Shown in pieces: positions 1 to 12,634 of a stretch of DNA of 64,000 nt (positions within the stretch are counted from its first letter, which is position 1; the number at the start of each line of letters is the position of its first letter). The DNA is from Mobula hypostoma (lineage: Eukaryota). The notes beneath the pieces are model-generated. The model made no database searches and was not told the DNA's origin. It saw only the letters and a program-made list of their open reading frames with translations. Where the stretch lies: NCBI RefSeq assembly GCF_963921235.1, contig NC_086108.1, forward strand, positions 24,614,001-24,678,000. The letters run 5' to 3'. The translations under genes were made by a program, and so were the position numbers.

Positions 1-134
1 CTGTGCTTCTATATTCAGTAGATTTGTTTATTTTTGTGGTACTTTATTAGATTATGGTATCTGTAAGTACCTCAGGTCATGTGTATAGCATCAGGCCATA
101 TATCACAAGCAGGTATGGCTACAAAAACAGAGAT

Positions 135-450
135 GGGCAGCAGAGTGGCACCATAGTTAATGTTATTACAGCACAATTCCAATGAATTGGGTTCAAACCT
201 GACCTCAGGTGTGACTGTATGGAATGAGCTCTGCAGATTTCTAAAGGTGCTCCAATTTTCTCCCACATGCTAGGGATGTACTAGTAGGTCAATTTGCTGC
301 TCTATCTTGCCTGTAGAGTTAATGAGAGGCAGGCAAATTGGGAGAGAGTTGATGGGAAAATTGGTTTACAGTGAAATGAGTGGGAGAAATGGAACTGCTT
401 TGAGAGCTAGCAAGACTTAATTGGCTAAATGGACTCCTCTGCATAATAAA
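135..450 (+). mobile_element. Old V-SINE/HE1-like SINE
   Basis: tRNA-like head (GGGTTCAAACC) and GGTGCTCCAATTTTCTCCCACA core. Confidence 0.55.
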
Positions 451-554
451 GGAACATGATTACATTTCCAAATAGAATGCGAAGATATACCATAGAAACA
501 AATAACAGACTATTCAGACCCTTGCCCTGCTTTGCTCAAGTGATATATTTACAT

Positions 555-1022
555 TTGGTGCACAGTTGAGAGCATCCTGACTGGCTGCATCATTGCCTGG
601 TGTGGGAACTGTACTTCTTTCAATCACAGGACTCTGCAGAGAATGGTGCAGACAGCCCAGCGCATCTGTAGATGTGAATTTCCCACTGTTCAGGACATTT
701 ACAAAGACAGGTGTATAAAAAGGGCCTGAAGGACTCACCCTAACCACAAACTGCTCCAGCTGCTACCATCCAGGAAGTAGTACCGCAGCATTGAAGCCAG
801 GACCAGCAGGGTCCAGGACAGCTTCTTCCACCAGGCCTTCAGACTGATTAATTCACACTGATAGAATTGTATTTCTTTGCTATATTGACTGTCCTGTTGT
901 ACATATTACTTATTACAAATTACTATAAATTGCATGTTCAGATGGAGATGTAACATAAAGACTTTTACTCCATACGTACAGTATGTGAAAGATGTAAGAA
1001 ACAAAGTCAATTCAATCCAATT
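555..1022 (+). mobile_element. Rex1-like LINE 3' fragment
   Basis: Decayed ESILTGCIIAWCGN...LQRMVQTAQRI...LLPSRK.YRSI.ARTSRVQDSFF, ending in an AAAGTCAATTCAAT tail. Confidence 0.7.
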
Positions 1023-1549
1023 ATAGCATGCTCCATTCTCCCTTTTCTTAATTCACTCCTGCTTTATCTCACACTTTCAACAATGTCTACTACCATTTAT
1101 CATTCATTCTCTCTTAGATTCCTGTGTTTCATTACCAACATTGTCTTTGACTTTCTACTCTTTCCACTTCCCTGCACTTGAAAAAAAGTAGAGTTCTAAT
1201 TTTGCCCGGATCTGGTAAGAGGTCATTGACCTAAAGCATTATCTCTGCATCTACCTAACGTTGCCTGACCTACTGAGTGTAGCAGCAGCATGAACAAACT
1301 TACACTGCTGCTGGAGATCTCACACAGGTTGTCAACCTGGGTGATGCACCTTCTGGTCAATCCAGTAAATTACCTTCCAAATACTCAAAGAAGTGTATTC
1401 GATCCTTTATTAGCAGCTAGCAAAACATACAGTCTTGAAGCGATGAAACTTAAAACATACTTGAGCAGACTTAAGCAAAGTTAAGCAGTCAACAAAAGAT
1501 ATGACACCCAACGTTTCCCAGCTCGAAACTGTCCAGAACAAATACATTG

Positions 1550-1632
1550 GCAGGGGTCCCAACCTGGGGTTCACAGACCCTTTCCTTAATGGTATTGCTC
1601 CATGGCGTAAAAAAGGGATGGGAATACCAGGT
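1550..1632. mobile_element. Short hAT-like MITE remnant
   Basis: CAGGGGTCCCAACCT at the left with a decayed inverted copy (AGGGATGGGAATACCAG) at the right. Confidence 0.4.
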
Positions 1633-3404
1633 TTAAGGGGGAAAAGAGCAGTAGTTCTACCACGAGTGGAGTCATGGCTTCATTATAATGGGTAGAATGT
1701 TAAGTTCCATAAAAGTAAAAATATGGAACTTAGCTGTTTATAATGTCACTGGTTTACTGGCTCATAGTCCTCAACATGGTTAACAATAGATGACAGGATA
1801 ACGGCTGACTTTTGCACAGTCAGTGAGAGCAGGCAACCAGCATGATTGATGATACTGTTTATAAGTGACAGGGAAACCATTCCAAAAGATAACATGGGCA
1901 TCACAGAAAGTAATAGAAAAAGCATTGTTCCAGCAGTCTGAATAAAATGACATTATTGTAATGGTGCTGACTGCAAGGTGATTGGATGCCAATTTTCATG
2001 GTCCCTTTGCACTGAAGTGTTCGCGTTTATCTAAATTGTATGTAGCAAGCTTCAGTACATCTGAGTCTAACAGGGTTGGAAACTGAAAATGCTAGAAACT
2101 TTTGACAGCTGTTGAAGTACCTGCTGGCAGAGTGATAGTGTTGACACTCTGGGATGAAGATCCTTCATTTGAACCACAGATCCCATAGTTCAAATTAGAA
2201 CTGAGAAAATAGAGCAATTATCTGCTTCCACAACTAACCATGATAAGGCTGAGCACTTGGAGATAATGCAGGGCAGTCGATCACTGCTGCAGGTCAGAGA
2301 AACCTGAGCAGCTGCTTTGGCGGCAGGAGGAATAAAAAGCTTTATTAGAAGAGGATTTGAGTGAGGATCAAAGATCAAAGTAAAATTTATTATCAGGGTA
2401 CATACATGTCACTACATACAACCCTGAGATTTTTTTCTTTGGGCATACTTAGCAAGTTGCAATTAATTAGCAATTAAGGATCTTTTAGGCTTTGGTGCAA
2501 TGAATTTGTGGTATTGTTTATTTTAGTCTCTTTCCCCAAACAAAGGGATGCACTTATCATGGAGAGGGTGCACTGAGCTGTTTGAGAAGAGAATGCATTG
2601 ACCAATTCAGAAGAGTTCAGTGGAATGGGAAGTGATCTCAATGAAATGTGGATAATATTTGCAGGTCTCGATGTATGGAGGCTGAGGAGTCTAGAACCAG
2701 GGACACAACAACTCTCAGAATACAGAGAAGACTATTCAAGATCAGAAGAGAAGAAATTGCTTCAGAGAGGGTGGTGAATCTTTGGAATTTATTGAGTAGG
2801 GTTGGTCACTGAATTCATACGAAACAGAGATTGTCAGATTTCTGGAACTTAGGGAAATATAGCGATAGTGGGGAATAATGAAGTTGAGTTGGAAGATCAG
2901 CCAGTTAACGTTGAATGGTGAAGTAGATGAGGAGCTAATTGACTTATGCATCCTCCTAATTCTAACAACAGCAAGAGTGTGCCCACCTTTCTTGTCAGAA
3001 AACCACCTTCCCTATCTGTGGAAGAGACTCTTACTCCCTCTTTAGCCACCTCAGATTTCTCAAAACTGGAGAAGAAGCAGGTCACCTTCAGTCTTAAGAG
3101 TTGCCCAAGTCAGAACAAGCTTTTGGCCTTGGTTAACAATGACAGACAATCCTTCCTTCTTTTGTACCTGGTTCTCTGATCTTCCAGCTGGAAGATACTG
3201 AACATACAGTTGAAAGCCTGATTCTTCTGGGACCACTTATGGCAAACTAAGAACAAACTTGCCATGGGAAATCTGGAATTACCATCAGCTAACACTTTGA
3301 ATGCTCTCTGACTTAAAAGTTACCTCTAGTTACAGGTGGGTTGCTTTCGGTCAACAAGCCACATTCAATCTAGGACATTTCATTTAAAATGTCATTTAAA
3401 AATA

Positions 3405-4035
3405 ATTATTTAGATTATGAAGACACACAGTCCTCTTTTATTGTCATTTAGTAATGCATGCATTAAGAAATGATACAATATTTCCTCTGGTGTGATATCA
3501 CAAAACACAGGACAAACCAAGACTGAAAAAACTAACAAAACCACATAATTATAACATACAGTTACAACAGTGCAACAATACCATAACTTGATGAAGAACA
3601 GTCCATGGCAAAGTAAAAAGTTCAAAGTCTCTCAAATGACCCACATCTCACGCAGACAGGAGAAGGGAGAAAACTCTCTCTGCCATTCCCGACCACAATC
3701 CAACTCTGAGTCATCCGAAAACTTCGAGCCTCCGATCAGCCCTCCGATACTGAGTACTGAGCACCATCTCTGTTCGAATGATTCGACCTCAATCTCGGTC
3801 GCCAGCAGCAGGCAAAGCCGGGGATTTTGGGGCCTTCCCTCCGGAAGATTTCTCAATCGCGCATTAACAACGGCAGCGAACTAGTGTTTCAGAAATTTCT
3901 CCAGATGTTCCTCTGTGCTTTCACGTCTGTCTCCATCAAATCAGAATTGTCCACGGCCCCTATTTAATGGATACGATATCATTTTCACCGGATGGCTGCA
4001 CGCTCACGGCGCGCTGCTATCTCCTCCTCCTGCCT
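3405..4035 (-). mobile_element. Non-autonomous SINE-like / internally deleted LINE element
   Basis: CpG-retaining 5' part (GGCAGGAGGAGGAGATAGCAGCGCGCC...) joined to a Rex1-type 3' tail (ATGACAATAAAAGAGGAC...ATAATCTAA). No coding homology seen. Confidence 0.55.
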
Positions 4036-5149
4036 AATTTAAGTACATAGCAAATTTAGGCACGGCAGAAAACTAAAGCATGCTCAATGCATTAATGAAT
4101 GCAATATGAGACCAGATATCTGAATATTTTGATAGACAACTGATGATTAATACAGTCAATATGAATGAATGATATAGGGAACGGTTAAGAACAGAAATAA
4201 TGGTAGGGGTCAAGTAAAGTCAATTTGAATGGGAATATTAATAGAAATCACAGTGGGAAGAACAAATATGGAATAATATGAAAGAGAGAAACGTAACTGA
4301 CTCAAAAGTGATGATGATGCATACAGTGACCTTGATAGTTTTTGTCTGACATAGAGAAGACTGTTTTATTTTAACATAATGATTGAAACAGGTATGAAAC
4401 AAGCTGAGGAAAATGGGACAGAACTGGGGTAAAACAGCACATTTTGAAGAACATCGGGAAATGGTAGAAAGGGGAACTGAGTGGCATTCTACAATATGCA
4501 AAGCGTCAGGACTGAACATGCAAACAATGATAGTAGTTAATCCCCTTTAGCACTTACCAACTGACAGTTGATATGATGTTAGAAGAGATAGGTAAAATCC
4601 AAAGACACTTAAGAAAGAGAATGGGGAGACCATTTTTTTTACATTAATCAAATATTTAAGTGATAAAACCCTTGGACCTTATGGATTGTCTGGATTGATA
4701 GAGATATCAGATGTAAAGCTGCATTGACACATAAACATTCATCAGAAAATGGAATGATGCCAACAGTCTAGCAGATAATTGGAGCAATCCCTACTTTCAT
4801 AAAGGGAGAAGTTTAGTGAAGAAAGATTCTGCTAAATTAACATTGGAATGACAAGAGTCATCCCAAATCAAAAGTTTTTGCAGAAAACTATATAGAAACT
4901 GAAAATATAATAGAGCTGTCAGTCAAGTTTTGATAGAGAAAATCACACTTTTTGAACAATATTGAATTTTTTGAAGAAAAAGAGAGCCGTGTGATCAATA
5001 CAAGTTGCTTTGCAACATAATCTTGTAGAGGAGATTCATGACACAGGCCAGAATATGTGCAGTTAGTTGGCCTCAGAAAAAAGAATTTGAAGCAGGGGTT
5101 AACAATAGTCACTTAGGAAAATGTGCTCAATACTCCAGAGTTCCTTTGT

Positions 5150-7727
5150 TTTACATGTGATAGAGCAGGAGGGGTAGCATCACTGGTCAGGGAAAATGTC
5201 ATGGCAGTGCTCAGTGTGGAGAACTTTTATAGTGAGGTTTTATGGGTGGAATTGAGGAATAAGAAAGGTATGACCATGTTAATGGAGCTATATCATACAC
5301 CAGCCAACAGTTTGCAGCATTTAAAGGAAGAAATTTGCAGAGAAATCACAGACTGTTGTAAGAAACATAAGGTTGTGATAGTAGGTGATTTTAACTTTTC
5401 ACATATTGCCGGGAACTCTCATAAAGGGACTAGATGGGATAGTTTGTCAAATGTGTTCATGAAAGTTTCCTTAATGAGTATGTAGAGGCCCCAATGAGAT
5501 AGTGTGCAAAACTTGATCTCCTATTAGGGAATCAGACAGGGCAGGCAATACAAGTTTGTGTAAGGGAACACTTTGCATATAGTGATCATAAGGCCATTAG
5601 TTTCAAGGTAACTACGGAAAAGGAGTGGTCCGGTTCTCAGGTTGAGATTTTAAATTGGATCAAGACCAATTTTGATGGTATCAGAAAGGATCTGGCGAGT
5701 GTGGCTTTTTTTTCTGGAAAAGGTGTAAGTATGAGACTTCAAAAGTGAAATTTTGAAAGCACAAAGCTTGTATGTACCTGTCAGAATAAAAAGGCAAGGA
5801 TAACAGGTTTAGGGAATCTTGGTTTTGAGAGATATTGAGTCTCTGGTTAAGAAAAAAATAAGGAGGTGGCGAGCAGGTATAGGCAGGTCGGAAAAAATAA
5901 GGTACTTGAGCATAAGAAATGCAGGAGAACATTTAGAAGAAAATCAGGAGGGCTAATAGAAGACTTGAGATTGCTCTAGCAAAGTAAAGGAGAATCCTAG
6001 GAAATTCTACAGCTACGTTAAGAGCAAAAGGATTACAAGGGACAAAATTGGTCCTCTGGAGAATCAGATTGGTAATCTATGCATGGAGCTAAAATAGATG
6101 GGGAAAATCCTAAAAAGATTTCTTTGCACCTGTATTTATTCAGGAGATGGACATAAAGTCTGTAGAAGTGAGCAAGGCAGCAGAGACATCATGGACCCTA
6201 TATTGATTACAGAGGAAGAGGTGTTCGCTGGCTTGAGGGAAATTCAGATTCTGACAAGATGTTCCGCAGACACTGTGGGAGGCAAGTGCAGAAATTGCAG
6301 GGGCCTTAGCAGAGATATTTATAACATCCATAGCAACAAGTGAGGTACTGGAGTAATAGAGGGTATCTGATGTTGTTCAGTTCTAAGAATAAACCAGGAA
6401 ATTATAGGCCAGTGAGCCTGACATCAGTAGTGGGAAAGTTATTGGAGAGTATTCTAAGAGACCAGATATCTGAATATTTTGATAGACAGGGATGGATTAG
6501 GGATTGTCAGCATGGGTTTGTGCATAGTATGTGATGCCTAATCACTCTGATAAAGTTTATTGAAAATGTTACTAGGAAAGTTGATGAAAGATGATGATGG
6601 ATGATGTCTACATGGACTTCAGCAAGACATTTGACGAGGTCCCACATGGGAAGTTGGTCAAGGTTCAATTGCTTGACATTCAAGATGAGGTACTAAATTT
6701 GATTAGACATTGGCTTTGTAGGGGTAGCCAGAGTGATAGTAGATGGTTGCCTGTCTAACTGGAGGCCTGTGTAGTGGAGTGTTGCAAGGATCCGTGCCGT
6801 GTCCATTGTTGTTTGTCATCTATATCAACGATCTGGATGGTAACATGGTTAACTGGATCAGCAAATTTGTGGATGACACCAAGATTTGAGGGTATAGAGG
6901 ACATCGAGGAAGACTATCAAAGCTTACAGTCGGATCGGGACCAGCTGGAAAACTGGACTGAGAAATGGCAGATGGAATTTAATGCAGACAAGTGTGTGGT
7001 GTTGTACTTCAGTAGGATCAACCAGGATAGGTTTTGCACAGTGAGTGGTAGGGCACTAAGGACTTTGGAAGAACAAAGGGATCTGCGAATACAGGTCTAT
7101 AGTTCATTAAAAATGGTGTCACAGGTAGGTAAGGTCATAAAGAAAACTTTTGGCACATTGGCCTTCATAGATCTTGTGTTGAAGTTGTATAAGACTATGT
7201 ACAAGACACTTAGTTTGGGGTATTGTATGCAGTTTTGGTCACTTACCTACAGGAAATATGTAAGTAACATTGAAACAGTACAGAGAAGTTTTACAAGGGT
7301 GTTTCTGGGTCTGGAGGACCTGAGTTAAAAGGAAAGACTGAATAGGTTAGAATATTATGCCCTAGAATGTAGAAGATTGAGGGAAGATTTGAGAGAGGTA
7401 TACAAAATTATGAGAGGTATACATAGGGTAAATACAAGTACGTTTTTCTCCCCCACTGAGGTTGAGTGAGAAGTCATGGGCTAAGAGTGAGAAGTGAAAT
7501 GTTTAAAGGGAATTTCTTCACTGAGAGTAGGCAAGAATGTGGAACAAGCTGCCAGCACAAGTAGTGGATGCGATTTCTATTTCAACATTTAAGAGAAGTT
7601 TGCATGGGTGCATGGACGGGAGGGATATGGAGGGCTACGGTCCCAGTGCAGGTTGATGAGACCAGGCAACTCAAATGATTCAGCCCAGATTAGATGGGCC
7701 AACAGGCCTGTTGTCTACCACTCTATG
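5150..7727 (+). mobile_element. CR1 LINE ORF2 (endonuclease to 3' end), decayed
   Basis: WVELRNKKG, VGDFNF, NYRPVSLTSVVGK, WQMEFNADKC, LYKT...YCMQFWS and CR1 3' UTR. Confidence 0.85.
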
Positions 7728-10700
7728 CTAAGATATGGGGAATGACATTCTGCAGAGAACAACCCTGGGATGACATTTGGTCCTCACTTGTATGAAAAAA
7801 AAGAGCCAGAAACAAAATGCCAATGCAGCACTAAAGTGAGCAGTATCATTAAGGCAGAAAGATATAGGAAAACATTGGGAAGTTTGTAGGCCATGGGCAC
7901 TTAAGTGCAATTAAATAAAGATCTGAGAATTAAAGAAAATTTCTACTTATTTTGAAGGAAGTGTGTATCAAAGAAAGGGTTTGCGGCCATATTTGGTCAG
8001 ATCATTAGGGATGTATAATGATGGCATAAAAATTAAAATAGACATCAGTGGGTGCAGGTTCATTATTAGAGAGATGCAACAAAAAATCAGAATTTATATT
8101 TAACTTTGTAGACCAACTTAGTTAGACCAACATACTCCAACGCAACAAAATACATGGCTCATGAATAAGTGGACATCCTGTAGTTTTGTCAATCATTCTG
8201 AATCCATACCACCATATGGGAGCACTGAGAAGGTGCTTTAAATATTTACCAAATTGATACCAAAACAAGTATAATTGCTGGGAAACCAATTAAATGGGGC
8301 TTTCCTTTTGAAAAGGGAATATTTCAAGTAATAAAATGGCATGGCAGTGTGAACATTTTCAAGGGAGATCAAAGTAGCAATCAAGGGAGAGTCAGCAATG
8401 AGCCCTTCAAGGAAATAAGAATTCTAGAGAAAAAATATTCTACCACAGTGTGGTTAGAATGCAGATCTGGTTTCTGTACAGACTACTGAGCTGTGCTTAA
8501 GATGTGGTGAGATGAGGACAAGGAGGCGGAAAAAGGAAAGAAGATTTTGTTGATGGCATGAGACAGATCAAGCTTGTGTGGAATTGAAATTGAAATTAAA
8601 ATTATTGACCCTGAAGGACTACTTCCTCATTGTTCACACTTTCAAATGCAATTTAAAACTGTTCATTAAATGAGACATGCTACTGCCAAATTGGGAATGG
8701 TGGAAAAGCAAATATACAAATTATATATCCACATTAATTAGCTGCAGCTTTGTCCTTGAGTTCTTAGTACATGGAAGTGATGACTTCTCTGTTTCACACT
8801 TTGCCCATCTGCAAAAGTTACATTACAGGCTTTCAGAGCTCTGGAAAAATACTGGTGATAGGTTTCCATCTGTCATTCTGTTAGCACTACTATGTCATCA
8901 CCAAGCACGTTAACATAACCAAGACAGAATTTCTGCTCTTTCTACAGAATTTAATCACTATAATAGGCACGAGGAAGTCTACAAGGAATACTTCTGCAGT
9001 CCTGCTCACCACTTGCTTTGTCGTCAGAAACTAAGGAGGAATGCCTGCTGATATTCAGGCTCCCAAAAGACTTACAAATAACATTGATGTGATGTAGCTC
9101 CGTACATGAAATAAGGCCAATGTGAGGGAGTGGCATTCCTGGTTTGCGTGAGAAGCTTACATGATAGAAGTCCAGTTCTGAAGTTATTATGGAAAGCAAG
9201 AATTAAAATCCACCTCAAGGATGACCATTCCCAATTTTGTAGTTTATAAATTCTTCAACATCATTATTGACAAAAAGCTCATTGACAAAATAAAACAAAA
9301 AAATATTTATTTTTTATCCTCAGCAAGATGTATAAGATTCACCCAATGATAATGTAAAAAGGACCATGCAACTTGCTTAGGCTGTCTCTGCTCACCTAAC
9401 TGTATGTAGCCATTGGATAATAAGAATATGACAATACAATTAATAGGACAGCTATAATTTACTACAGCGGCTCAAAGATGCCAATTTGGATTCCGGGCCA
9501 CATAGTGGAAAGAAAAAGAATCTCAAATTTTAACTGAATTGACACGAGACTTTCACCACAGAGAAATCAAATCACAGGTGAAATATTCCATGTTATTTCA
9601 GTAAAAGCAGTTTTTTCTAAAGCACATCAACAACTGCAGGCAACATAAGACGAGTAGTACATTACATACAACCAGCTGGAGAAAATCATTACCGCTTCAT
9701 TTCCACGGGCCTTTCAAATGGTGTTCTTTCCTCATTGATGTTCACTAATAAAAACTAAAGCAGGTTGTGTACATCAGCATTATTCATAAAGAAATTGAAT
9801 CAGTAGATTTGATCAATATTAACAATGCTGCTGATGAGATTAGTACATTGTGGAAATAGTTCATTGATCGCATATCACTGAATATCCTTTCGGCATAATC
9901 TGACTTTGAAATAAATGTTATAATTCATTTTCATAGTCATTTGGCAAGGGGTCCATGAACCTTAGTAAAATCTGGGGTTTATTTTCTAAATGCATTTCAC
10001 TTAATTAATCCTTCACGTAACATATTATATTTGTTTGGAATCAGTATTTAACACCAAGTGAGATTTTTTTTTAAAACAACAAATTCAAAGAAGAATAAAA
10101 GCTTCAGTTCCATTTTGCAGAGGGAATAATGTGCTAAACACATCACAGCGATACAATTAGACTTCTACAATAAAATTGCAGGATTGAAATTTAAACCTGA
10201 GGCATGTGGCTGAGCAAGGTCTAAATTCAAGATCCATGTATCTCTGATGGACAGTGCATAATCAAGAGATCATGAAAACATCATCCAAAGGGAAGTGAAA
10301 ATATAGGATGCAGAGCAAGGTGATAAAATGGAGAGCCTTTGAAAATGGGCTTGGGGATTACAGTCATGCAAAACAGTGCAAGCAGCTTCATAATTTAGTA
10401 CTCATGACTTATCAGATTGGTTTTTGCATCACTGAGTACTAACTTTATCAGGAAAAGCAATAGCCAGCACTAGTTAAAGATTGCTAATTAAAAGACCAGT
10501 GCACAGTGAATACAGAAGTGAGCAATTGGTCAGGAATGAGTAGGAACTGGAAAATGGTGCAGAACCTGTGAGCTATCAGATGTTGTATTAAGGGGTGGTA
10601 GGACAAGGTAAGGGACAAACTAGCAGTTGTTACTCAGGAAGACAGTACTCAACTTGTCTTCTTCAGATTATCTGTCAGCCAGTCAGGCCAGCCTGATGAT

Positions 10701-12634
10701 CATAGTGTTGAGATAGATTGCACACTCAAGCCACAGTGCCATTCTCCAAAGTGGCCTGGAGGCTCTTTTTGTCCATTGAATGTTTTGCAGCTTTCCAATA
10801 TCCAGCTGCAGTGATTGCACTGTTTTATGAGTGTGTAGAAAGACACACAGGAGCCAGGAATCATGAATATTGTATGCAATGAAACACTGGTCTTTATTTG
10901 TCCTTTGATGGTCTGTGGAAAAAGATAAACTGTGAGGTTACTGGAAATATCTTGCATGCAGTTCCTGGTATGCTTCTTCAGATGACTAATTCAAAAATTC
11001 ATTGGGCGTCCATCTCCACCAACCAGAGACTTGTTGGCAAGGCCATGCTACATTTTAATGGCATTGCACAACATGTTTACTTCTATTCTTATAGTAGACT
11101 CCTCTATCAAGACTAAACCTGCAGAAGCATCAGCAGGATCTTCATTACAGAATGGTCATTTAAAATACATATATAAAAATTAGAGAGCACACTACACATC
11201 CTGTTCACATTTGGGAGTGTTGCAGTTTGGAATCACCAACCATACTGTGTTGTTCATCCCACTTGCCACCCACCAGCTCACTGCAATAACTGAACAGCAG
11301 CTGACACAGCAAACTGTCTCAGAAAAAGGCACTGCAGCATCACAGCTTCTGACCTCCTCTTTTTATAAGATCATAGAATCCCTTTGGCTCTGGTGGTAAG
11401 GTAGAGTTAATAGAAGATACTTCCAGAGTGATAGAGTCAACAAAATCTAAAGTAATAGGGAAACTGCAAGGGAAGTTAAATGCTATTATCTCTCTTGGAA
11501 AAGAGAGCCACAAATGACTTCCTTATGAAACAGCAGTGAGGCAAACTGTAAAGAGTTACAAACATCATCAGCCTGCAAGAAACCGATAGCAGTTAATTTC
11601 ACTGCCGCATTCACAAAGATAACCACTGTCAGTCCAGAGCTTGTCCTCTGGGGGAAGTACATGGTAGATTTCAATGAGGAAAATCTGACTGAAGTGGAGA
11701 TGTCTTTCTCATTGTTCAGCATTAAGGCTACATTAGGATGATTTCTCCCTGAACCTTCTGAGTGAAGTGATCACCTGGTGAGAGCTGCTCACTTTTTCAC
11801 CAGCTTGTCTCTGCTCATTTTCCCGTCATACAGTTATATGAGGGAAATGCCTTCTGATGCACTCTTACTAGGAGGAACGGGGTTTAATGAAAAAGCTCGG
11901 GAAATAATCCATTGGCAAATCCAATATCGAGTCGCGCAGAAATCATAGGACATCTGGAGAACTGTAACAACAGATTTTAAGAAATCAAGCAAAATTTAAG
12001 TAGTTGATCTTTTTGAATCATGCTGGCAGAGATACTTTCCTGCTACTGAAATCATGCTCTGCTGTGCGAAGCATAAAGATGCTGGCTGGTGCATTGAGAT
12101 CCAAAACAGTAGTATCTGTATAATTGCACAGCGATCTATATGTTCCATCAGCCAGATGTTCACTGGACATCTCTCAGGCTATCTTGCTTCACCAAAGGTG
12201 CTTGGCATCTAAATGATTTATAGAGCTCTAAATGCCATGGATAACATTTTGGAGTTCTAAAAATATAGCAGTACTAAAACAAAAATTGTATGCTAATAAT
12301 CCAAAATTTTTGCTATACATGCCAGCAGAAGAAATAATGGGACAAATCCATTTGGTCTTTTCAAAACAAAGTGGGGGATCCAGTTTCAAATCAAAGATCC
12401 TTCACTAATTCTGATGAAGGATCTTCTAGATGAAATTCTGCTATTTCAGTTTCTCTTTCCACAGATACAGCCCGCATTGAGTGCTTCCAGCTTTCTACAT
12501 TGATTTTAGATTTCTAGCATCAGCAACAGTTTTGATTTTCAGATCCTTCCAAGAGCTAGTCAGTAGGAGAAGCAGAATACTTCCAAAAATACTGATTCTA
12601 CAACATCAGAAAATTGCAGAATACAGAATACTTA

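Noticed and set aside
11880..11985. Possible minus-strand exon after a ttgttacAG acceptor-like site (FSRCPMISARLDIG...)
   Set aside because: All frames stop quickly and none matches ASTN1 or another protein I recognise.
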